Source of the DNA: an uncultured Methanosarcinales archaeon
Lineage (GTDB): Archaea; Nanobdellota; Nanobdellia; Woesearchaeales; ARS49
Reading direction: 5' to 3'
DNA: 64,000 nucleotides
NCBI GenBank assembly: GCA_964637115.1
Contig: CAZWVL010000003.1
Coordinates: 77,758 to 141,757 of the forward strand
Shown: one piece after another, positions 25,723 through 33,989 of the stretch
Layout of the letters: every line of letters starts with the position of its first letter
Position numbering within the stretch: the stretch's first letter is position 1
Notes under the pieces: generated by a model
The model's database searches: none
Told to the model about the DNA's origin: nothing
Seen by the model: the letters and a program-made list of their open reading frames with translations, nothing else
Translations under genes and position numbers: made by a program

Positions 25723-26934
25723 GTGGAAAAAGAGAAGAGTGTAGGGATTGTTGCAATCGTGTTCACTTTGTTAGTTCTTAGTGTTACGGTTGTTTCAGCT
25801 GCGCAGTCAGCAACTTCAGAAAAAGGATTTTTCTCCAAATTTGTTGATTGGATAAAGAGCTTCTTCACTTCATCAGGCGTAACTGGCGCACAAGTGAGCA
25901 TTCCACAAACAAGTCCTCCAACATTTGGACTGATGCAGACAGAAACGCCTACCGAAACTCCTACGTCTACGCCAACAGAAACTCCAACTGAGACTCCTAC
26001 TTCTACTGTAACACCTACCGAAACTCCTACTTCTACCGCTACACCTACAGAAACTCCAACTTCAACTCCTACTTCGACACCAACTGCCATTCCAACAGGC
26101 ATTCCAACCTCAACGCCAACGCCGACAGGTACGCCAACTATGACTTGTGGACGATGCGAAACCCTAGTATGCCCGACACCCACGCCGACACCGACAGAGC
26201 AGGTGCCAGATAGCGTGATTCAACAGGTTCCACCACCTGCATGCACGTGCGTGCCAATTCCAGGCTGTAGCCAAGTTTCTGGCGGAACCAATCCAATGCA
26301 AGCTCCTTTTTGCAGAAAAGGTTCGGAATATGATTTAATTGAATTTTTGAAAAGAAATCCAGGTCCGGTTCGCTATAGCAGCAATGAAAAATGGCATTAC
26401 ATTGACAACGAAGGTACCAAAAGAGAATTAAAAAGAGAGGGAATCCTAACGGTTGGCCCATTGTGTTGCGCAGATTGCTGTAGCGCGTTCTGCAGTGAAA
26501 TAGATCCAAGATTCCTTTGCCTTGCACCTGTAATTTATGATGAGAAAAATAATCCGGTAATGCTCCAAGCTCCACACATTTGCAGGCACGCAGTGATTCC
26601 ATTGGATGCGGAAAAGTGCAAAGATGTAGGAGGGCTGGCTTGCCTTAGAGGTTTGCCAGTTGTTGGTAAGGAGCCATCAACGGGGAAAGAGAGGAGATCT
26701 AAAACGGACGAGTCTGCCCAGCAGATAACTTCAAAACGGTCTAAGCAAAGCCCTGCTGCTGAAAATCAAATGCCAATCAGTGCGCCAGGCGTCGGGACAA
26801 GCACGGGTGCATTTGCAGGAAACGCGAACTCCAGAGGTGCATTGATAGCAGGCAATGTACTATTGCTTATACTTGTGGCAATTATCTGGGTGCTCGTGTA
26901 TAGGAGAATGCCTCCAAAAAGTTCTGACATTTGA
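25723..26934 (+). CDS. Mucin-like stalk surface protein, diverged paralog C (403 aa)
   Basis: GTG start. It has a conserved signal, a tip (FFSKFVDWIKSFF...VTGAQV...PPTFGLMQT), a short TETPTS-type repeat, a large Cys-rich domain, and GAFAGNANSRGALIAG plus a TM. Confidence 0.85.
   Translation: MEKEKSVGIVAIVFTLLVLSVTVVSAAQSATSEKGFFSKFVDWIKSFFTSSGVTGAQVSIPQTSPPTFGLMQTETPTETPTSTPTETPTETPTSTVTPTETPTSTATPTETPTSTPTSTPTAIPTGIPTSTPTPTGTPTMTCGRCETLVCPTPTPTPTEQVPDSVIQQVPPPACTCVPIPGCSQVSGGTNPMQAPFCRKGSEYDLIEFLKRNPGPVRYSSNEKWHYIDNEGTKRELKREGILTVGPLCCADCCSAFCSEIDPRFLCLAPVIYDEKNNPVMLQAPHICRHAVIPLDAEKCKDVGGLACLRGLPVVGKEPSTGKERRSKTDESAQQITSKRSKQSPAAENQMPISAPGVGTSTGAFAGNANSRGALIAGNVLLLILVAIIWVLVYRRMPPKSSDI
25939..26139 (+). 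repeat. Degenerate T/E/P/S coding repeat
   Basis: TETPTETPTSTPTETP... units, a shorter and more diverged version of the arrays in paralogs A and B. Confidence 0.85.
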
Positions 26935-27022
26935 AAAACTATGACTTTTTTGTCACAAAGGGTTAAATCTTAAGGAAACATAGAGTTCTATATTGTGACA
27001 ACAATGTCACGGAGACATCACT

Positions 27023-27232
27023 ATGGCAAACGAAGAACAAATAGGTTTTCACAAAGGAGCACTGACAACCCTTGCCAAAGAACGGCAGGAAATGGTTAGA
27101 ATCCTACAGATAGTAGAACAACTAATGCAAGCACACATAAAAGCACTCAAAGACATGGGTGTAGACTTGGAAGCAGAAGCGGCAAAAACAGAGAAAAAAC
27201 CGCTTGAAGAAAAGCTCAAGAGAGGAGTATAA
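27023..27232 (+). CDS. Small helical protein (69 aa), first gene of a three-gene unit
   Basis: Predicted all-helical, K/E-rich C-terminus. Its stop TAA shares 1 nt with the next ATG (27232). Confidence 0.5.
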   Translation: MANEEQIGFHKGALTTLAKERQEMVRILQIVEQLMQAHIKALKDMGVDLEAEAAKTEKKPLEEKLKRGV

Positions 27233-27945
27233 TGTACGGAATGGGTGGGTACGGCGGAAGTTCCGGATATGGAAGCTCTGGCTACTCACAAACATCAGGA
27301 TACAGCAGTGCAGCAGGATATTCTTCATCTAACAGTTATGCGGGCAGTTCTGCAGGACCAGGAAACTATCAAGCATCAGAACAAGCACAAATGTCCCACA
27401 CAGAAGACTTCCTGGCAGAAAACAGACCGTGGACACCAATAATATCAAACTTAGGCGAAGTCAAGGAAATCGTTGAACAAACCTTTGAAAAAATGACTGG
27501 CCAGGAATTTCCGCAAGACAGCATCAAAATAATAATTTGTGATGAAAAGCAATTCAAAGAATTAAGCCCCAACACAAGTCCAGGAGTAGTCGGATTCAGC
27601 TTCAACAAATACGGAAAAGGAATATCAGAAATATACATTAAACAAGACCATCTTGACTCAGTATTGCTAACAATCGGACACGAACTAGGCCACGTACTCG
27701 GACCAACACTACCAAACGGACAAGATGAAGAAGCAAAAGCACATGCATTTTCATTAGCTTGGATTGAAACAATACGCGATAATAATATTGGCGGATTGCA
27801 GCCAAACATTGCGCCAAACCCGGCACACAATGGCCTGCACGACGTCGCATTTGATTTTGTAAAGTACTTAATGAACACCGGCTCGAGTTCATTTGATATT
27901 TTTAAAACACTCGCACATGGACTAACAAGCATAGTAGCAACATGA
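27232..27945 (+). CDS. HExxH (putative zinc metalloprotease-like) protein with N-terminal G/S/Y low-complexity domain
   Basis: The first ~50 aa are almost only G/S/Y/A/Q and include 8 Tyr, 4 of them in (G/S)Y(G/S) triplets. The C-terminal domain has the HELGHV motif with a downstream acidic/His region. Confidence 0.65.
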   Translation: MYGMGGYGGSSGYGSSGYSQTSGYSSAAGYSSSNSYAGSSAGPGNYQASEQAQMSHTEDFLAENRPWTPIISNLGEVKEIVEQTFEKMTGQEFPQDSIKIIICDEKQFKELSPNTSPGVVGFSFNKYGKGISEIYIKQDHLDSVLLTIGHELGHVLGPTLPNGQDEEAKAHAFSLAWIETIRDNNIGGLQPNIAPNPAHNGLHDVAFDFVKYLMNTGSSSFDIFKTLAHGLTSIVAT

Positions 27946-27955
27946 GGTACTAACA

Positions 27956-29878
27956 ATGGCAAAGAAAAAGGAAACAAAGACAGAGACAAAAGAAGCAAAG
28001 TACGAAAAACCAGCCGAAGCTCAAAAAGAATCAAAGTATGAAAAGAAAGAAGAAGCAAAAACAGAGCCAGAACTTCCATCTAACTTGCCGCCAGAAGTTG
28101 TAGAAAAACTCAAGGTCATAAAAGAAAAAATCACGACATTCCAGAAAAGAATAGTAGAGAAGTTTGACAAATACATCGTGGGTGTGGCTTTATTACCCCC
28201 GCCAAGGCCGCCGGCACCAAATCTTCCGCCAGAAATTTTTGCTGAAGAACAAAAACGTTATGAGGAAGAAAAAGACAAGTACGCCACATTAGTTCTTATT
28301 GATGATACGGAGCCAACAAAGATGACCAAAGGAGAGCTCAGAGACAAGCTCTCAGCCATCATGGACGCAACATCAAAAGAAATAGATCCAAACATCTATC
28401 CGCAGACATTACTTTTATCTGAACTATGGCAGAACTGCTATGATGGAAAGTACGACTTATTGCAATTAATCGGCATGAGCGCGCCAATATACGATACTGG
28501 AATGCTCGGCGCCATAAGAATAGCAGAACTTCATAAAACAATGGTTCTCAAGAAATTCGAGAAATACATTGTAGCATATGTCATGGCAGGCTCATTAGTC
28601 CAAGGCAGAGCAACCAAAGACTCAGACATCGACGTTTTCCTTGTCATAGACGACACTGACGTCAAAAAAATGACGAGAGCAGAACTCAGAGACAAGCTCC
28701 GCGCAATAATCATTGGCATGGGAGCAGAAGCAGGAGAAATAACTGGAATACGAAACAAGATAAACATCCAGATTTACATCCTGACAGACTTCTGGGACAG
28801 CATCAGAGAAAGTAATCCGGTCATATTTACCTTCCTGCGAGATGGAGTGCCCTTCTACGACAGAGGAATCTTCATGCCGTGGAAACAACTCCTGAAAATG
28901 GGCAAGATCAAGCCATCAGCAGAAGCAATAGACATCTTCATGAGCTCAGGAGAACAAACACTTGACAGAGTAAAGTTCAAACTGCGAGACATTGGCACGG
29001 AAGATTTCTTCTGGGGAATCCACACGCCAACACAAGCAGCGCTCATGTTATATGGAATTCCGCCACCAGCACCAAAAGAAACATGCGGAGTACTAAGAGA
29101 AGTCTTTGTCAAAAAAGAAGGACTCCTTGAAGAAGAATACGTGAAAATACTCGAAAACGTCATTCAAGTACGCAAGGACATCGAGCACGGAATCAGGAAA
29201 GACATTACTGGCAAGGAAATCGACAAACTCTTGGAAGACTCAGAAAAGTACACGAAAAGATTGAAGAGACTCTTTACCCAGATTGAGAAATTAAAAGAAG
29301 AAGAGAGCATGATAAACACGTACGACACGATGCAAACCATACTGCGCGACGTGCTTAAAATGGAAAAAATAGAAACTGCGGCAGAAGGAGAACTTGCACA
29401 CGTCTTTGAAGAAAAGATGATATCAACAGGAAAAATACCGGCAAAATTCTTAAGAAATTTGCACGCGCTCATCAAGGCAAAAGCAGACTACGATGCAGGA
29501 AAACTAAGCAAGTCAGAAGTTGATAAAGTGCAGAAAGACAGCAGCGAGCTAATCCGCTTCCTCATTGATTACATGCACCGCAAGAAAGCTCACGAGCTCG
29601 AACGCGCAAAAGTAAGAGTCAAGCACGGCCAGAAATACGGCGAAATAACAATCTTAGGCAATACTGCGTTTATAGTGCGAGACATGGACAGTCCGGACAG
29701 GATAATGGAAAAAGCACCTGTCAATTCAGATGGAAGCCTCGGAAACACAGGACCGTGCACGCCAGAAGAATTCGAACAGGCATTAGCCAAATTGGTTCCA
29801 GTAAGAATAACACTCAAAGAACCACTGTTCGAGAGCTTAAAACGCTTTTTTGGCAAGGACTACGAAGTACTTGTTTGA
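27956..29878 (+). CDS. Nucleotidyltransferase (pol-beta/MNT-type) - HEPN fusion protein (640 aa)
   Basis: NTase signature GSLVQGRATKDSDIDVFLVIDD. A preceding degenerate copy (LVLIDDTEPTKMTKGELRDKLSAI versus VFLVIDDTDVKKMTRAELRDKLRAI) is present. The downstream helical domain carries RKDIEHG, which fits the HEPN R-x4-H motif. The N-terminus is K/E-rich. Confidence 0.7.
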   Translation: MAKKKETKTETKEAKYEKPAEAQKESKYEKKEEAKTEPELPSNLPPEVVEKLKVIKEKITTFQKRIVEKFDKYIVGVALLPPPRPPAPNLPPEIFAEEQKRYEEEKDKYATLVLIDDTEPTKMTKGELRDKLSAIMDATSKEIDPNIYPQTLLLSELWQNCYDGKYDLLQLIGMSAPIYDTGMLGAIRIAELHKTMVLKKFEKYIVAYVMAGSLVQGRATKDSDIDVFLVIDDTDVKKMTRAELRDKLRAIIIGMGAEAGEITGIRNKINIQIYILTDFWDSIRESNPVIFTFLRDGVPFYDRGIFMPWKQLLKMGKIKPSAEAIDIFMSSGEQTLDRVKFKLRDIGTEDFFWGIHTPTQAALMLYGIPPPAPKETCGVLREVFVKKEGLLEEEYVKILENVIQVRKDIEHGIRKDITGKEIDKLLEDSEKYTKRLKRLFTQIEKLKEEESMINTYDTMQTILRDVLKMEKIETAAEGELAHVFEEKMISTGKIPAKFLRNLHALIKAKADYDAGKLSKSEVDKVQKDSSELIRFLIDYMHRKKAHELERAKVRVKHGQKYGEITILGNTAFIVRDMDSPDRIMEKAPVNSDGSLGNTGPCTPEEFEQALAKLVPVRITLKEPLFESLKRFFGKDYEVLV

Positions 29879-29920
29879 TTTCCAATAATCTTATAAAAGC
29901 ACTAGTTACAACGCTGTTCT

Positions 29921-30595
29921 ATGGAGTCAGAAAAGGAATTTAAAGATGAACTTAAGGCAACACTGCCTTTATACAAGATAGCCGGAGGAATTATTCTGTT
30001 TCTCCTAATATTAGGCATCATTGTTGCACTTGTAACTGAAAAAAAAGCACCGGCACCGCAGCCGATAGCTGCCAAAATAACACCTCCGCCAGTGCAAGAA
30101 AATATTACAGTTAATCTTACAGATACAAATCTCACAATAATGCCTGTAACAAATGTTACTAATGCGACCATAAATGTAGCACAGAATCTTACTAATGTAA
30201 CATCTGATATGCCAAATTTAACTGTAACGCCGCCGCCAGCAGTGTACAATTACACGTGGGAAGCCATCACTATTACCTTCCCCAATACGCTCAAACGCAT
30301 AACGCACACAGTTACAACGCACCACTATATTGACATTAAAGAGGCAGATGGAACACCGGTTACTAACGGAGAGCAATTTGCCTTGTTAATCAATTTCAAG
30401 GACAATTTTGGACGCAATACGGAACTCAAGCCATCCTTTGAAAACAGCAAATGGCTCATCTCAACACTAATTCCCAATCCGGGCAATTACACACTCATTG
30501 TTACGCTAAAGTGCGCGGAAAAGAAAGGACACTGCCAGCGCCTCTATGATGAAACGGGCAGCACGGCGAAATCATTCGATTTTGAAGTTATTTGA
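29921..30595 (+). CDS. N-anchored exported protein with dense N-glycosylation sequons (224 aa)
   Basis: TM GGIILFLLILGIIVALV, then 8 NxT/S sequons within ~45 aa (NIT, NLT, NLT, NVT, NAT, NLT, NVT, NLT). Confidence 0.65.
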   Translation: MESEKEFKDELKATLPLYKIAGGIILFLLILGIIVALVTEKKAPAPQPIAAKITPPPVQENITVNLTDTNLTIMPVTNVTNATINVAQNLTNVTSDMPNLTVTPPPAVYNYTWEAITITFPNTLKRITHTVTTHHYIDIKEADGTPVTNGEQFALLINFKDNFGRNTELKPSFENSKWLISTLIPNPGNYTLIVTLKCAEKKGHCQRLYDETGSTAKSFDFEVI

Positions 30596-30622
30596 TTCAC
30601 CCCTTCTTCGTTGTCCATAACG

Positions 30623-30665
30623 TCAAGAACTGCCAATATTTATTGTGAATTGTGGCAGTTCTTGA
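30623..30665. repeat. Perfect 13-bp inverted repeat (hairpin), intergenic
   Basis: TCAAGAACTGCCA (30623-30635), a 17-nt AT-rich loop, then TGGCAGTTCTTGA (30653-30665). It lies between the stop at 30595 and the CBS gene start at 30753. Confidence 0.85.
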
Positions 30666-30752
30666 GCGTGCTCGGAAATATATGCATGTATTACTCACGT
30701 GTGGTTATATATTTCCGACACGTTAATAAAGAAAGAGCGCCTTAAAACTACT

Positions 30753-31205
30753 ATGTACAGGGTAAGCACGGGGTACACAGTTGCGGATGCAATGACGCAA
30801 GAGCCGGTTACGATTTCACCAAACAAAACACTGCGTGAAGCGTCAAAAATAATGGCAAAAGAACACGTTGGCTCGCTGCTTGTAAAAGAAGAAGATAAAA
30901 TAATCGGTATTCTGACAGAACAAGACATTGTGCGCAAAGGAGTGGCAGGATCAGGAAACACTGCACTCAAAAAAGTCAAGGAAGTAATGGAGACAAACCT
31001 TACTACAACAACACCGGATGAAGACATATTTGAAGCACTGCGCATAATGAGAGACTACAACATCAGACACTTGCCCGTAATACACCAAGGAAATTTTGTT
31101 GGTTTGGTAACGTTAAAAGACATTCTAAAAATAGAGCCGGACCTGTACGAGATAATGGTTGAAAGGATAGAATTGAGAGAAGCGGAGCGAAAGCCAGTTA
31201 AATAA
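30753..31205 (+). CDS. CBS-domain pair protein
   Basis: Two CBS-like units (VADAMTQEPVTISPN...GILTEQDIV and VMETNLTTTTPD...GLVTLKDIL). The ATG at 30753 is preferred over the track start at 30699. Confidence 0.8.
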   Translation: MYRVSTGYTVADAMTQEPVTISPNKTLREASKIMAKEHVGSLLVKEEDKIIGILTEQDIVRKGVAGSGNTALKKVKEVMETNLTTTTPDEDIFEALRIMRDYNIRHLPVIHQGNFVGLVTLKDILKIEPDLYEIMVERIELREAERKPVK

Positions 31206-31226
31206 GCCCTTTTCTTTTTATCGTCT

Positions 31227-32156
31227 ATGGAATTCCCAAAACTAAACGGCAAAGCAGTACTCTCGCCAATGTCCGGGGTGACGGACGTTGCATTCAGAGC
31301 GCTCGCCAAAAAATACGGCGCGGCCATAACTTACACGGAATTTGTAAGCAGCACTTCTCTAGTGCGCGGAAACAAAGTAGCCTGGAGAATGGTTGAGACA
31401 GATTCTATCGAACAGCCCGTGGCCGTGCAATTATTCGGCCACAGCGAAGAAGATATAGTCAAGGCAGCACAAGAATTGCAAGACAAATTCGACGTGATAG
31501 ATGTAAACTGCGGATGCCCGGCTTGGAAAGTCATCAAAACAGGAGCAGGCAGCGAAATGTTGAAACAACCTGAAAAAATTGCAAGCTTTATCAGAAAACT
31601 TGTGAAAGCCGTGAAAAAGCCAGTTACGGTCAAGATAAGAATTGGCATTGATGATAAAACTATCAATGCAGTAGAAGTTGCGAAATTAGTCGAAGAAGCA
31701 GGAGCAGCAGCCATTGCAATACACGGCAGGACGCAGCAGCAAGGCTACACTGGAAGCGCAAACTGGGATATAATAAAACAAGTCAAGCAAGCCGTAAAAA
31801 TTCCAGTAATCGGAAATGGAGACGTCTTTACGCCCGAGCAATTCAAACAAAGATTTGAGGAAAGCGGAGTGGATGCCATCATGATAGCGCGCGGCGCAAT
31901 AGGCAATCCGTATATCTTCAAGCAAATTGACGATTACATGAAGACTGGAAAGTATGAAAAAGCCAATTCGATAGCATTATTCTTTGAATATCTTGAGCTG
32001 GCCAGAAAGCACAATATACAATTTAACGAAATCAAAGGCCACGCCATACAGTTCACCAAAGGAATTGTCGGCGGCAGCGATTTAAGGCAAAAACTTGCAC
32101 AATGCCAGACAATAGAACAGATAGAAAATGTGCTTAAGCCGAAGCTGACAATCTAA
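31227..32156 (+). CDS. tRNA-dihydrouridine synthase (Dus family)
   Basis: LSPMSGVTD..., DVNCGCPAWKV (catalytic Cys region), IHGRT and GNGD motifs typical of Dus FMN TIM barrels. Confidence 0.85.
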   Translation: MEFPKLNGKAVLSPMSGVTDVAFRALAKKYGAAITYTEFVSSTSLVRGNKVAWRMVETDSIEQPVAVQLFGHSEEDIVKAAQELQDKFDVIDVNCGCPAWKVIKTGAGSEMLKQPEKIASFIRKLVKAVKKPVTVKIRIGIDDKTINAVEVAKLVEEAGAAAIAIHGRTQQQGYTGSANWDIIKQVKQAVKIPVIGNGDVFTPEQFKQRFEESGVDAIMIARGAIGNPYIFKQIDDYMKTGKYEKANSIALFFEYLELARKHNIQFNEIKGHAIQFTKGIVGGSDLRQKLAQCQTIEQIENVLKPKLTI

Positions 32157-32200
32157 AAATATAGAATTCTTTATATTGCCTTCATTTTTACACTAATACG

Positions 32201-32656
32201 ATGAAAATCAGAAAAGCGACACTCAAGGACTTTGAAAAGCTCAAGAAAATACGAGCAGAATTCTTTTTACTTGAAGCTTCTACCGATGAAAGACTTAACC
32301 GTGGATTTGTCAAGCGCGGACTTCCGATTTCCCTCGGCAAAAGCCTCAGATGCAAAGACGAAATACATTTCGTTGCTGAAGAGAAAGGCGAATTCATCGG
32401 CTATTCAGCAGTGGAGATTACAAACAATAATGGTTGGGTGCGATACAAAAAGCAAGGGCATCTATACAATTTGTATGTTTTGCCTAAATATCAAGGAAAG
32501 AGAATTGGTACGCTTCTATTAAAAAAGTCATTAGAATGGTTCAAGGAAAAAAACATTAAAGACTTGAAAATATTGGCTTATACTTGGAACACGAGAGCAC
32601 AAAAACTGTACAGAAAGCATGGATACACAGACTACATGCTGATGATGAAAAAATAA
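32201..32656 (+). CDS. GNAT family N-acetyltransferase
   Basis: The Q/RxxGxG/A-like motif YQGKRIGTLLL lies within a 151-aa GNAT-sized protein. Confidence 0.75.
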   Translation: MKIRKATLKDFEKLKKIRAEFFLLEASTDERLNRGFVKRGLPISLGKSLRCKDEIHFVAEEKGEFIGYSAVEITNNNGWVRYKKQGHLYNLYVLPKYQGKRIGTLLLKKSLEWFKEKNIKDLKILAYTWNTRAQKLYRKHGYTDYMLMMKK

Positions 32657-32717
32657 CTTTTTTGGCATATTTAACCTTTACGAAAGCCATTTTAATAATG
32701 ATTTATTTTCAGCTGCA

Positions 32718-33521
32718 ATGGACGTTAAAATAATACCGCTTGAACTGACTGCTGAAGACACTTTCTTTGACATCATTATGAAAGGCGCGCATATTTTTTC
32801 CAAAGGAAAAATGGACCAAGTTAAGCACGTCAGCATTGATTCAACAATTGCATTTCGTCCTGAAGATCCGCAGAGGATTGACTTGTATGCATCTTTCTCC
32901 CGCAAAACGCCAAAATATATCAGCGTGACTCTTGAATATGACAAACAGCACAATATCGCGGACAGTGCGCTACATGACGTGTTAGTGAATATTCCATCCA
33001 GAAGATACAAAATGACTGCTAGGCAGAACTTAAACGTGTCTATAGAGGAAAGACTGACAAGAGAACCAGCACGCGTCAGAATAGATGCGCCATTTGAATG
33101 GGGTATTGCGGATGTTTCCCTGCCAAAAGAAGCAAACTGGATTGATACAGGCGTGCTAACAGGCATACTTGATAATCTTGGTCTGAGATATAGACAAGAT
33201 GATCATCTGAAAGTAAAAGCTTTGAAATTCCGCTGGACACCATTGAACAACTTGATTTCCGCCTATGAGTTTTTTGTAAAGAATAATTTCGAAACTGAAT
33301 TAGTTCTTGAACTGGGGCCAATAACTGCAATTCTCAAAAATGAAAACGAAAAGCAAACCCTGAAATATTCTCTTTATTCATTTTTCGGGGTCGGGAAAAA
33401 TTTTTCAGACGGATTTCAGAAAATGTTTGAAAGACATCTCTCATTCACAGGCAGCGGCAGACCTTTTATGCTCAAAGAGCAATTCTCAGAACTCAAGAGC
33501 GAAGGAGTGGATTACAAATAA
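32718..33521 (+). CDS. Hypothetical protein (267 aa)
   Basis: ORF only. It is soluble, with no motif I can name. Confidence 0.5.
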   Translation: MDVKIIPLELTAEDTFFDIIMKGAHIFSKGKMDQVKHVSIDSTIAFRPEDPQRIDLYASFSRKTPKYISVTLEYDKQHNIADSALHDVLVNIPSRRYKMTARQNLNVSIEERLTREPARVRIDAPFEWGIADVSLPKEANWIDTGVLTGILDNLGLRYRQDDHLKVKALKFRWTPLNNLISAYEFFVKNNFETELVLELGPITAILKNENEKQTLKYSLYSFFGVGKNFSDGFQKMFERHLSFTGSGRPFMLKEQFSELKSEGVDYK

Positions 33522-33532
33522 AAAAAATAAAA

Positions 33533-33967
33533 TTAGGCCCAAACGGCCAAAATCCAGGTCATCACAATAAGCGAGACCAGATAGTGCAATGAGTTAATCA
33601 CAAACAGTTTGATAGGCTTTCCTTCCCAAAGATAAGAGCCTAGCTGCATCGGTGCAACAAGACCAAGCCAGAGCCAGAACGCCAATTGGGCTGACGTGGC
33701 AAACGTGGTTGCTGCCAGATAATCAACAAAGTGCGACAACACATATGCTGTAACTAACGTTGCGATAAAACCCAAGGTCATAGCACGGGAAGGACTTACT
33801 TTCATCTTCTTGACAGACTTTGGAGTGAAGCCCATTATTTTCATCCATTGCTTTCCAAACAAGGGGCCATACCAAATCATGCCGATTGCCATACTTGCAA
33901 TCGATGCCACTAGAACTGCCAGATAATTTATCATAACTTCTGCCATAATATTCACCTCATATGGCAT
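33533..33967 (-). CDS. DUF1761-like membrane protein
   Basis: The N-terminus INYLAVLVASIASMAIGMIWYGPLFGKQW plus 4 TM helices matches my recollection of the DUF1761 pattern. Confidence 0.6.
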   Translation of the reverse strand: MPYEVNIMAEVMINYLAVLVASIASMAIGMIWYGPLFGKQWMKIMGFTPKSVKKMKVSPSRAMTLGFIATLVTAYVLSHFVDYLAATTFATSAQLAFWLWLGLVAPMQLGSYLWEGKPIKLFVINSLHYLVSLIVMTWILAVWA

Positions 33968-33989
33968 AAACGAAGGAGGATTTAAAAAG

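Noticed and set aside
21580-26183. Long antisense ORFs (343, 573 and 160 aa; VGVEVGVDVGVL... repeats) lie opposite all three TPTS genes. Each stays open through the non-repetitive signal/tip region and ends just upstream of the sense start.
   Set aside because: In this antisense frame the third codon positions coincide with the sense third positions. Stops can arise only opposite Tyr codons, or opposite His/Gln codons preceded by NNT. The sense proteins have no Tyr and only about four His/Gln in that region, and ACN-CCN-ACN-TCN can never give an antisense stop. The open frame is therefore a compositional by-product. The sense frame has the signal peptide, TM anchor and conserved promoter, and the antisense has none.
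21456-26934. A diversity-generating retroelement or programmed phase variation behind the variable Cys-rich modules of the three paralogs.
   Set aside because: The window has no reverse transcriptase, template repeat or invertible-promoter inverted repeats. The Cys modules are unrelated in sequence rather than point-diversified.
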